Shown here in pieces: positions 27,345-35,724 of a stretch of DNA of 51,680 bases. Source of the stretch: Planctomycetota bacterium (GTDB taxonomy: Bacteria; Planctomycetota; UBA1135; GCA-002686595); the NCBI GenBank assembly GCA_044359835.1, contig JBIKLM010000001.1:1-51680 (forward strand), given 5' to 3'. The notes beneath the pieces were generated by a model. It was not told the DNA's origin. It worked only from the letters and a program-made list of their open reading frames with translations, and ran no database searches. The position numbers were made by a program, and so were the translations under genes. Positions within the stretch are counted from its first letter, which is position 1; each line of letters begins with the position of its first letter.

Positions 27345-28703
27345 ATGCGCACCTTGATCGCTGCATCCGTGCTGGTTGGTTTCGCGCCCCTGGCGGGCGC
27401 GTGGCAAGAGGTCGATCGTTCGAAAGCCCGCGAGGAGCGCCTGCGCTATCTCGCCGAGCAGGCCCTCGAGCAACAGGACCTATCGGGCCTGGCCTGGGTT
27501 GCCTTGGTGGGCACGGAGGAGCTCGCTGGCGCGGCTCTGGGCCATTCCGACAGGGGCCCGCTGACCGCCGACACCGCGCTGCCGGCGGCGTCCTTGGCCG
27601 AGCTGCTGTTCGCCGCGGCGGCGCTGCAGGCGGCCGAGGCCAAGGGCATTCAGCCGGGGACCGAGCTCTCCGCGCTGCTGCCGGAGCGCAAGCTCGAGCT
27701 GCCCGGCGTGAGCCTGCACGGTTTGCTGGCCCACACCTCCGGGCTGGCGTTGGTGCCGGCTTCCCTGCCCATCGAAGCGGGCGCCCCCGCCGAAGAGGGC
27801 CAGCCGCCGGTCGATCCGCCCTGGCTGACCTGGCTGCGCAGCGCCTCGCCCGCGGCGGCGCCGCAGAGCTGCTACGGCTGGACCAACGCGGATCTGCTGC
27901 TGCTCGATCTGTGGATGCAGAGCGCGGCCGGCCAGGGTCTGGCGGCCCAGGCGGAAGCCAAGCTGTTCCCGGCCCTCGGCTGGAAGGACAAGCGCCTGAT
28001 CGGGGCCCTGGCGGGCACCTGGATGGAACTGGCCCAGGACCAGGGCCTCGGGCGCCTCGAAAGCGTCGAACTGCCGGCGGAACTGGCCGGCGTCGAGCTG
28101 GAGCTGTCCGCGCGCGAGCTGGCCGCGGGTTTGCGGGCCCTGCTGGGCGGCGAGCTGCTGGACGCCGAGACCAGCGAGCGGCTGACCGCCAACGTGCACC
28201 TGCCGAACGGCCAGCGCACCGGTCGCGGCCTGGGCCTGGCCCACACGCGGCTGGCCGAACTGGACGGCCTGCTGGTGGCCGGCGCCGCCCAGGGCACCAA
28301 CCTGCGCGCCGTGCACTACCCGAGCCTGGACTTGACCATCGCGCTTTTGGCGCCGGCCCGGCCCCAGTCCCTCGCGGCCCTCGAGCGCGCCTTGACCGTG
28401 GCGCTCTTCGATCTGCCCCAGCCCGAGCGCACCGACCTGCCGGTCTCCAGCGAAGAACTCGCGCGTCTGGTGGGGGAGTATCAGATCGGCTGCGACAGCC
28501 TGCTGCTCTCGGTCCAGGAGGGCCGCCTGCGCCTGACCGGCGCGGATCTCGACCAGCCCCTCGCCTACCAGGGCGGCGGCCGGTTCCTGGCCCAGACCGG
28601 CGCCGACCTGACGGTCGAGTTCGAGCCCGGCGCGGAGGGCCCCGCCCAGCAATTCGTGCTCTCGATCGAAGGCCAACAATCGATCGCCCGTCGATTCCGC
28701 TGA
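27345..28703 (+). CDS. beta-lactamase/transpeptidase-fold (serine hydrolase family) exported protein with a degenerate active site
   Basis: GGAGGA SD-like motif 5 nt upstream. Signal peptide MRTLIAASVLVGFAPLAGA. VSLHGLLAHTSGLA matches the family block LLTHTSGL. At the expected SxxK position the sequence reads ASLAE. Confidence 0.7.
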   Translation: MRTLIAASVLVGFAPLAGAWQEVDRSKAREERLRYLAEQALEQQDLSGLAWVALVGTEELAGAALGHSDRGPLTADTALPAASLAELLFAAAALQAAEAKGIQPGTELSALLPERKLELPGVSLHGLLAHTSGLALVPASLPIEAGAPAEEGQPPVDPPWLTWLRSASPAAAPQSCYGWTNADLLLLDLWMQSAAGQGLAAQAEAKLFPALGWKDKRLIGALAGTWMELAQDQGLGRLESVELPAELAGVELELSARELAAGLRALLGGELLDAETSERLTANVHLPNGQRTGRGLGLAHTRLAELDGLLVAGAAQGTNLRAVHYPSLDLTIALLAPARPQSLAALERALTVALFDLPQPERTDLPVSSEELARLVGEYQIGCDSLLLSVQEGRLRLTGADLDQPLAYQGGGRFLAQTGADLTVEFEPGAEGPAQQFVLSIEGQQSIARRFR

Positions 28704-28836
28704 CAGGCTGAGAAAAAATCGACTCGGGCTGCGCCCGAGCAGTCAGACCAGCCTGTCAGCATGCCTTTGGGCCGCCATCCGGCGGCCGCAGAGGCTGGGA
28801 TCGTCGCTGCGCGCCGATTTTTTCCCAGCCTCTGAG
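28701..28836 (+). repeat. structured intergenic repeat, copy A (long imperfect palindrome starting at the upstream gene's stop codon)
   Basis: It shares the core GAGAAAAAATCGACTCGGGCTGCGCCCGAGC...GCCTTTGGGCCGCC.TCC.GCGGCCGCA.AGGCTGGGATCG with 44130..44250 (83 of 98 positions identical by hand alignment). Its left half is shared with 38607..38745. There is a 7-bp hairpin at 28723-28739. The outer arms GGCTGAGAAAAAATCG (28706-28721) and CGATTTTTTCCCAGCC (28815-28830) are complementary except for one position. Confidence 0.8.
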
Positions 28837-29191
28837 CCCTCCCGCCCGACTGCGAGCGGCGCGTCAGGCCGTCCGGGGGGCGCTGAGCGCGCCTTCCGGG
28901 CGGCGGAAAGCAAGCAAACCTCCCCCCGGGCTCGGGTGGGCCTGCCCGTCCGCCGCCCTGGATCGGCGCTCCGGCGGGGGGGCCTCGGGGCTGAGGCTGA
29001 AGGATTAATTGCCTAATGGCGGGCCGGGAAGCCCCCCTGGAGAGCGCCTGCCCACCCAAGCAGGACGCTTTTATTACAGTTTTGCACCTCCGGGGCCACT
29101 TCCCAGGCCCCGGCTCCCCTTGCCCAGGGAAGCCCCCCCCGAGGGACGCGCTGCCCACGCGATCCCCCCCGAAAGACCGGCAGGCCGCGTC

Positions 29192-30955
29192 GTGCCCCAA
29201 GGGACGACGCGGCGCCGCGCATTGGTGGCGCTGGTGCTGCTGACCGCCCTGGCCCTCGGGCTGCGCCTGTGGAACCTGGACGCTCGTTTGCCGGCGATGC
29301 CGGAACCGGACGACGTGGTGGTGGTCCAAGCGCTGCACCTCGAGCAGCAGCGCCTGGGCCTGCGATCGAAGGAAGACGCGGTCAATTCGCAATACCCGCT
29401 CCTGCTGGGGCTCCTGCTGGAGGCGCTGCCTGGAGAACTGGTGCAAACCGCGCCGGTGCAAGCGCCGCTCAGCGAGCACCTCTCGGTTGCGGCCGAGCCC
29501 CACCGGATGGGCCGCCGCATGGTGGTGGGTTTCTCTCTGCTGCTGATCCCCGGCAGCTATCTGCTCGCGCGCCGATTCCTGGGCCGCGGGCCGAGCCTGT
29601 TCGCGGCCGCCCTGGTGGCGACCAGCCTGCTGCATTGCCTGTATTCACAGCAGGCGCGGCCCCATGTGCCCCTGGCGACCCTGGGCGTGTGGGCGGTCTT
29701 GGCCTGCCAGCGCCTGGTGCGCCGCGGCGGTGTTCCGGCCTATCTGTGGGCCGGCTTGACGACCTCCGCGGCCGTGGCCTGCCTGCACAACGGCTTCGCG
29801 CTGCTGCTGCCGCTGGGGCTGGCGTTGCTGCTGCGCTGGCCCCGCGAGCGCGGCTTCGCCCGCCTCTCGGCGCTCCTGCCCCTCGGCCTGCTGGGCTTCT
29901 CGATCGACCTGGCTTACCCGACCCTGATGGGCGCAGGCAGCGACCTCGGCTTCGACAAGCCGGAGGGCTCGTTCTTCCTGTCCGGGCACCGCATCGACAG
30001 CATCAACATCGACGGACGGGGTTTCCTGTTGGTGCTGGGTTACCTGTGGGGGCACGACCCGCTCATGGTCCTGCTCGGTGGCCTAGGGCTGGCCCTGCTG
30101 CTCGGGCGCGCCCGTTCGGCGCGGCTGCCCAAAGTCGCGCGCCGCGATCTGTGGATCGCCTTGGCCTTCGCCCTGCCCTACCTGCTGGTGATCGGCCTGT
30201 ACGCGCGCACCTTCGGTCGTTTCCTGCTGCCGCTGCTGCCCTACGCGGCGCTGCTCGCGGCGGCCGGGGCCGCCCTGGCCCTGCGCCGACTCCCCGCGCT
30301 CGCTCCGCCGCGCCGCGCCGCTTTTGCTGCACTCTTGGCGCTGGCCTTTCCGCTGGCCCAGGACGTCCAGCTCCAGCGCCTGCGCTCGCGGCCGGACACC
30401 CACAGCCAACTGGCCGATTTTTTGACCGAGCACGCCGACCCACAGAGCGATCTGATCCTGCTCGGCAATCAGGTCTGCCTGCCGCTGGCCGAGCCTCGGC
30501 GCAGCCTCCTGGCGCTGCCGGATTGGTCGCTGACCGTCTGGCAGCGCTATCAGCTGATGCTCGAGTCCGTGCCTTGCGGGCGCGCGCTCAAATCCACTCG
30601 CCCCCTGGGAGTCCCGACGCTCTATTCGCCCAACGGCCTCCCACGCCCGGACATGCAGGTGGCGCTGCTGGATCAGCTCCAGCGGGGGGTCTACCAGTGG
30701 GTCGTCTCCAGCAACCAATTCGACCTGAACGGAGCCCGCGGGACCCTGCAGCCGGTGGTCGAGAAGCTCGGCCCGCCGACCCGCTCCTTCGGCTATCCAC
30801 CGCGTCTGGTGCACGCAGAGGACTCGGAGGGCTATTCCCTGGACGGGGGGGCCGGCTGGAGCTGGCTGTGGCGCCGCGAGCGCCTGGGAGCCCTGCTGGA
30901 GCTGCGCGATCTGCGCCCCTCGCCGCGCGATCCGGTGAAGGCCACTCCGCGCTGA
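29192..30955 (+). CDS. polytopic membrane glycosyltransferase, GT39 / ArnT-PMT-like
   Basis: About 11 hydrophobic spans over the first 400 aa, starting RRRALVALVLLTALALGLRLWNLD (typical of ArnT/PMT-type enzymes), followed by a soluble C-terminal domain. The start is uncertain: GTG 29192 was chosen, and the ORF is open from TTG 29009. Confidence 0.5.
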   Translation: MPQGTTRRRALVALVLLTALALGLRLWNLDARLPAMPEPDDVVVVQALHLEQQRLGLRSKEDAVNSQYPLLLGLLLEALPGELVQTAPVQAPLSEHLSVAAEPHRMGRRMVVGFSLLLIPGSYLLARRFLGRGPSLFAAALVATSLLHCLYSQQARPHVPLATLGVWAVLACQRLVRRGGVPAYLWAGLTTSAAVACLHNGFALLLPLGLALLLRWPRERGFARLSALLPLGLLGFSIDLAYPTLMGAGSDLGFDKPEGSFFLSGHRIDSINIDGRGFLLVLGYLWGHDPLMVLLGGLGLALLLGRARSARLPKVARRDLWIALAFALPYLLVIGLYARTFGRFLLPLLPYAALLAAAGAALALRRLPALAPPRRAAFAALLALAFPLAQDVQLQRLRSRPDTHSQLADFLTEHADPQSDLILLGNQVCLPLAEPRRSLLALPDWSLTVWQRYQLMLESVPCGRALKSTRPLGVPTLYSPNGLPRPDMQVALLDQLQRGVYQWVVSSNQFDLNGARGTLQPVVEKLGPPTRSFGYPPRLVHAEDSEGYSLDGGAGWSWLWRRERLGALLELRDLRPSPRDPVKATPR

Positions 30956-31010
30956 GCCCACCGCCCAAACGCGCCGCCCGGGGCTTCCCGCGCCGCCCCT
31001 GCGCTGGCCC

Positions 31011-33365
31011 TCAGGGCTTCTCGAAGAAGAAGAAGCGACTCGAGTGGAAGTAGCGATTGGGCCCGGCAACGCCCGGCAATCCGCCCGGCAGCAGGCGGTC
31101 CTCGACCTCGACATACAAGGCCGTGAAGCGATCCTGCGGCGGCCCCACGAGGCCCAGGTCCAGGCTGCCCAGGTATTCGCCCGGGACGCCGCTCGGGAAC
31201 AGCGGGACCGATTGGAAGCTGCGGTTGCTGAACAGATTACCCTGACCGAAGCAGACCTGCGGCTGGCCGGTCAGGGGATCGAGGCAGGGCGAACCGAGCG
31301 CCGGGGCGGGCAGCCCGATGTGGCGCCAATCGCCGTCGTCGTCGACGCCGAAGCGCAGGCGCACCGCGGCGATCTCGAGCTGTGCGGGGGCGGGATTTTC
31401 GACCCGCGCTCGCACCAGCACCTGACCGCTCGGCAGCAGGATCGCCTCGGCTTCCACGTCGCTCCTGGAGCGCCCGCGGAAGACGCCCGCGGCGAAGGAG
31501 CGCAGGTTCAGGAAATCCTGGGGACCCGAGGAGCCGTGATCGGCGTTGGCGGTGTAGTGCATCCGCACCGATCCCTGGGGATAACGCCGCCGGAGCGTGT
31601 CGTCGAACCATTGCCCGCGCAGCCGCAGGTCGAAGTTCCAATCGGCGCTGGCCTCCTGCTGGTGGATCTGCTTGCCCTGCAAGAGGGCCAGGGCGATCTG
31701 CACCGCCGGATCGCTGGTCTGGTGCCATACGCCGGTGTCCTCCAGCTCTTCGATCAGCGCGAAGCCATCCAGATTCAGGGGGAAATAGAGCGGATAGCCC
31801 GCGGCCCATAGCCCCGCCAAGGCCCCGTCCCAGTTGGTTTGCAGGCCCGGGGTGAAGTGCGCCACCGCGGTTTCGCCCAAGAGGTCCCACTCGCCGATGC
31901 CGGCGCTGACGTGCAGATAAGCGCCCAGCACGCGGGGATCGGCGGCCACCGCGAAGCCGGAGGCCCAGCCGAAGCGCGAGCTGCCCTGCAGCGCGAAGCG
32001 CAGGCTGCCCGGCGCGGCGCCCTGCACGATCTCGGTCGCGGTCAGGGCTCGCAGCATGGCCGCCGCGGCGGCCACCCAGGCGTTCCAGCGCGGCTCGCCG
32101 CTGGCCAGGGCTTGGTCGAAGGAACACAGCGCGACCCCAGCGACGCTGCCGGGCACGGACCCGCCGGCCTGCAGGAAATCGCCCACGATCACGCCGATGC
32201 CGAGTTCCTCGACCGTGGCCAACACCGAGGCCTCGAAACTGGCCTGCTTGGCCTGGCTGGGAGTGCCGACGCCCGGGATGCTGCCATCCTGGAACTCCGG
32301 GAACAGCAGCGCGAAGTCGGGGCTCCACAGGGTCGCTTCGCCCCCCAGCACGTTCATCAACAGGAACTCGGTCGGCGCCGCGCCCGCCGGCAGGTACAGG
32401 CTGCATTCGATGTCCGTCCAGACGTCCTTCTTCCAGGACGTGCAGCCGGCGCAGACGTTGTCGGGGGCGCCCAGCTCCGGCACATGGGGGCTGTCGAAGA
32501 CGAAGCGCTTGCGCACGACCCCGCTGGGCAGCGAATCGATCACCAGGCTCGGTAAGATCTTGGCCAGGTAGGGGCTGCCGTGATCGAGGATGTCCTCGGC
32601 GTCCGGGAACAGGCGCTGGCGGTAGGTGGCGATCAGGGTCGCGTTGAGCACGTCCACGGCGATCGGCTCGCTGCAGCGCCACTGGCCCTGTGCGTCGCGC
32701 AGCGCCAGCGCCAACAGGACGCCGCGCCGGTCGACCAGCCCGAGGTCCATGGCCGAGTTCCACTCCAGCAGGCCGCCGCCCGCGGCCGGGAAGTGGCCGA
32801 CCTGCCCAGCGGCCGCTGCGACCGTCTGGCCGTCGAGGCTGCCGACCAGGGTCGGCTCGCTCCAGGGGCCGCCGTCGGCGCTGTAGGCGAAGCGTTGCAC
32901 CGCCGGGGCCGCCTCCAGGCCCCCGGCGAGCACCACCTCGGGGCTACCCCCGAGCTGGACCACGGGCGCCGCGGCGGCGCTCGACCGGTTGCCGGCGGCA
33001 TCGAAGGCCGTGGCGGTCAGGGCCAAGGCCGTGCCCGGCACGGCGTTCGGCAGGAACTCGAACTCGAAGGGGGCCGTCTGCAGGCTGGCCAACGGCTGGC
33101 CATCCAGGGCGATTTCGACGCGCTCGAGCCCCTGAGCGTCGCTGGCCTCCACCTCGAGCAGCACCGGCAGGCCGGTCTGGAGGGCCGGGATCGCCTTCCA
33201 GGCGATCGTCGGGGCTTGGGTGTCGCCGGCGCCCGGGCCGGCTCCCGTGCCTCCGCCGCCGGAACAGCTCGGCAGGGCCAGCGCTGCCAGCGCCAGCGCA
33301 ACCGAGCGCGACGCCGTGGCAAGCGGCGCGGCGCGGGGAACGGCGGGTGCGAGGTGGGAGGGCAT
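31011..33365 (-). CDS. lipoprotein with an N-terminal Ig-like domain and a large C-terminal alpha/beta-hydrolase-like domain (possibly PhoPQ-activated pathogenicity-related, PqaA-type)
   Basis: The ATG at 33365 gives MPSHLAP...ALAALALPSCSGGGG (lipobox). DTQAPTIAW...VEASDAQGLERVEIALDG...ATAFDAAGN is a bacterial Ig-like unit. LQGSSRFGWASGFAVA resembles the GxSKRGW nucleophile region of the PqaA family. The functional call is tentative. Confidence 0.55.
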   Translation of the reverse strand: MPSHLAPAVPRAAPLATASRSVALALAALALPSCSGGGGTGAGPGAGDTQAPTIAWKAIPALQTGLPVLLEVEASDAQGLERVEIALDGQPLASLQTAPFEFEFLPNAVPGTALALTATAFDAAGNRSSAAAAPVVQLGGSPEVVLAGGLEAAPAVQRFAYSADGGPWSEPTLVGSLDGQTVAAAAGQVGHFPAAGGGLLEWNSAMDLGLVDRRGVLLALALRDAQGQWRCSEPIAVDVLNATLIATYRQRLFPDAEDILDHGSPYLAKILPSLVIDSLPSGVVRKRFVFDSPHVPELGAPDNVCAGCTSWKKDVWTDIECSLYLPAGAAPTEFLLMNVLGGEATLWSPDFALLFPEFQDGSIPGVGTPSQAKQASFEASVLATVEELGIGVIVGDFLQAGGSVPGSVAGVALCSFDQALASGEPRWNAWVAAAAAMLRALTATEIVQGAAPGSLRFALQGSSRFGWASGFAVAADPRVLGAYLHVSAGIGEWDLLGETAVAHFTPGLQTNWDGALAGLWAAGYPLYFPLNLDGFALIEELEDTGVWHQTSDPAVQIALALLQGKQIHQQEASADWNFDLRLRGQWFDDTLRRRYPQGSVRMHYTANADHGSSGPQDFLNLRSFAAGVFRGRSRSDVEAEAILLPSGQVLVRARVENPAPAQLEIAAVRLRFGVDDDGDWRHIGLPAPALGSPCLDPLTGQPQVCFGQGNLFSNRSFQSVPLFPSGVPGEYLGSLDLGLVGPPQDRFTALYVEVEDRLLPGGLPGVAGPNRYFHSSRFFFFEKP

Positions 33366-33897
33366 GACCCAGGTCTTAGGCCGCCGCGGAGCCAGGGCAA
33401 CGTTCCCCGACCCCCGACCGACCGAAAGGGCCAACAGGTTAGGAACCCTCCAGCTCGCCGCTCAAGGCACCCGGGGACCGACGAGCGCCCGACCGCAGCC
33501 TAACTCCGCCCGCCAGCGGAACTCGCGGCGATCGCGCGTCTCGCTTTCCCCCGCGGACTGCCTGGCCGGAGGCGCAGCGCTCCTCAGGACAGCGGGCCAG
33601 CGCCTCGCGCCACCCCAACCCTGTCCCGATCTTCCGCACCGCTCGGAGCCCCAGGCACCCCGCCCACCTCAGCGCGGCTCACGAGTGCAGCCCCATGGAT
33701 CGGTCCGAGCCCGTCGCCCCTTTTTACGGGACCTCCATTCCCCGCTCGAATTCAGCGGCGGAAATCGCGCTGCTCTGCGCTTTATCCAGTGGGTCCTCCA
33801 AGGCCGCCCGAGTCGGGTGGGTCCCCGGGGCCCGCTCCATCTCCCGCTCCCAGCCTACGGCTCCTCTGGCCTCCGGCGCATCCCCAACGAACCCACC

Positions 33898-34320
33898 ATG
33901 AAGCTGTTCTCCGCCTTCTCTCCGACCGCCATCGCCGCTCTGCTGCTGACCTACGCAGCCGTTCCCCTGGCTCAGCATCCCGAAGCCCAGCGCGCCGAAT
34001 CGCCGAGCGCCTGTGCGATCGAGGAGTTCGGCTCCGGAACGATCGTGGCCAGCGGGAAAGCCCCTGGAGGGGACCCGTCCGTGCAGATCACGAAGGGCCC
34101 GCATGGAAGTCCTGGGAACATCAACGTGACCAGTGTCTGGATCAACAACGTCAAGATCGACAAGGACAAATACACCATCAAAGGTCAAGGAACAATCGAT
34201 CCCGAGATCACCTTCCACGAACCCGATCCGGGCGCGCCCGCCCAAGGTGCGGATGTCAAGGTCTATGGCACGACCTCCAACGGCGACAGGAAGTTCGTGG
34301 GCGAGCTCAAGTGGAAGTGA
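33898..34320 (+). CDS. small secreted hypothetical protein (140 aa) in a low-G+C patch
   Basis: The ATG at 33898 gives MKLFSAFSPTAIAALLLTYAAVPLAQ (signal peptide). The mature part is Lys/Asn/Thr/Ile-rich, unlike its neighbours. My hand count over 34081-34200 is 59/120 G+C. Confidence 0.6.
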   Translation: MKLFSAFSPTAIAALLLTYAAVPLAQHPEAQRAESPSACAIEEFGSGTIVASGKAPGGDPSVQITKGPHGSPGNINVTSVWINNVKIDKDKYTIKGQGTIDPEITFHEPDPGAPAQGADVKVYGTTSNGDRKFVGELKWK

Positions 34321-34443
34321 TCTGCTGAGCTTCGGCCAGTTTTTGACTGATCCCGGCGCCCGCTCCGGCGGGCGGCGGGCATCGAATCCTCTAGGGCGCT
34401 CCGGGACGAGCTCGATCCTTGACCGCAAGCTCTGAGCCGCGGA

Positions 34444-34763
34444 TCAGAGCTCTTCGAGCAGCCACTGCGCCGCGGACGACCATCTCAGCCGGTCGGGCAA
34501 GGGTCGCCTCGGCGGGCTGGCGTCGAGGGTGACCAGGAAAGCCCGCGCGGAGGGGTGCAGCCGCGCAGCGGCCTCGAGGGCCTGCAGCTCGCGGCTCCAG
34601 GTCGCATCGCCTTCGGTCTCGAGGCAGGCTTGGATCAAGAGCGGCGGTTCTCCGGGTCGCGTGGCATCGCAGTACGGTCGCAGACCCGAGTGCCGAGCAG
34701 CACAGGCCTTGGCGAGCCCTGGGAGTCTCGAAGCGAATCGCGGCGGCCGTCCGGACGGGGAGG
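34444..34763 (-). pseudogene. possible 3' remnant of a DUF4143-type AAA+ ATPase gene
   Basis: The frame is open with no plausible start. Its upstream part overlaps the DUF4256 gene. The tail ...LLIQACLETEG....RELQAL..A....SARAFLVTLD......LPDRLRWSSAAQWLLEEL resembles the C-terminal restriction-endonuclease-like end of DUF4143 ATPases. The evidence is weak. Confidence 0.25.
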
Positions 34764-35312
34764 CTAGATCCGCAAGCAACCGCGGAAGCCACGCACCGCG
34801 TAGTAGGAGTCCGCGCCGTTGTGGTAGGTGAACACGTGGCCGTAGCGCCGATCGCAGAACAGCGCGCCGCCGGCAGCGCGGATGTCGGCTGGGGTCGACA
34901 CCCAGCTCGAGGTCTTGCGGTCGAATTCGCCCAGCGCCTGGAGGGCGCGGTACTGCGCTTCGGTCAGGAGCGCGATGCCCAACTTGGCGGCCAGGCCCAG
35001 GGCGCTGTCGAGGGGTTTGTTCTGCTTGCGCCGCTCGAGCGCCTGCTGGTCGTAGCACAGGCTGCGCCGGCCCGCCGGCGACTCGGGGGCGCAGTCAAAG
35101 AACAGCAGCCCGCCGTCGCGCTCGATGCCGACCACATCCGGCTCGCCCCCGGTGCGCTCCATGCCTTCAAGGACCGCGAGGCACTTGGGCGCGGCGGCCA
35201 ATCTGGCCGCGACGTCTGCCCAGGAGATCTGGGGATGGCGCTCGGGGTGCTGGGCGAAGCGCTGCTGCAACGTCGCGAGCAGCTTGGACTCTTGATTGGC
35301 CCTGGGCGCCAT
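34764..35312 (-). CDS. DUF4256 family protein
   Basis: ATG at 35312 (MAPRANQESKLL...). MERTGGEPDVVG, LFFDCAPESPAGRRSLCYD, KTSSWVSTPADIRAAGGALFCDRRYGHVFTYHNGADSYYAVRGFRGCLRI matches my recollection of the conserved DUF4256 C-terminus. Confidence 0.75.
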   Translation of the reverse strand: MAPRANQESKLLATLQQRFAQHPERHPQISWADVAARLAAAPKCLAVLEGMERTGGEPDVVGIERDGGLLFFDCAPESPAGRRSLCYDQQALERRKQNKPLDSALGLAAKLGIALLTEAQYRALQALGEFDRKTSSWVSTPADIRAAGGALFCDRRYGHVFTYHNGADSYYAVRGFRGCLRI

Positions 35313-35599
35313 GGCGGCTTCGAACTCGAGGATTGCGTGGCAGGCGTGCCGCGGGGCAGCTTGGCGGAGCCGAGGCCAACGCACCGAGTCTAATGCGCGG
35401 GTGGCAGGGCTGTGCCCTCATCCGCAGCGGGCCCCGGGGGGCCCGTTCGCCCTTCGGAACCGCCTGTGGATCCCGATCCCCAGGCCGGTCCCCGTGGCCG
35501 TCTTGGAGAGTGTGTGCGCCGAGGCCCACGCTCGGATCGACCGCTACGGGGTCTGCAGGAGCAGGCGCCTGACCCCGGGGATCCGATGCTCTGCACAAA

Positions 35600-35636
35600 G
35601 ACTCTGGGATCGGCCACTGGCGCCGATCCCAGAGTC
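35600..35636 (-). terminator. perfect 15-bp stem / 7-nt loop hairpin, candidate terminator of the DUF4382 gene
   Basis: GACTCTGGGATCGGC (35600-35614), loop CACTGGC, then GCCGATCCCAGAGTC (35622-35636). It lies about 90 nt downstream of the minus-strand stop at 35725. Only a short CTTTGTG tract follows on the minus strand. Confidence 0.4.
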
Positions 35637-35724
35637 TGCGCCCGCGCGCAGGGCGGGCGCAAGGCCCGCGGACAGTCGGGTGCTGCGACTCAGGAGCAGC
35701 CCGAGTCGATCGCTTCTGTGCCGA

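Noticed and set aside
28701-28836. Interpreting the stop-codon-associated palindromic repeats as integron attC sites
   Set aside because: The position after ORFs and the imperfect palindrome are suggestive. However, I find no RYYYAAC / GTTRRRY core sites at the ends, no intI gene, and the flanked units are multi-gene rather than single promoterless cassettes.
34365-34410. tRNA-like T-loop sequence (GGCATCGAATCCTC), which could mark a tRNA gene or an island att remnant
   Set aside because: The flanking bases cannot form a T-stem or acceptor stem, and no D or anticodon arms are found upstream. It is most likely coincidental.
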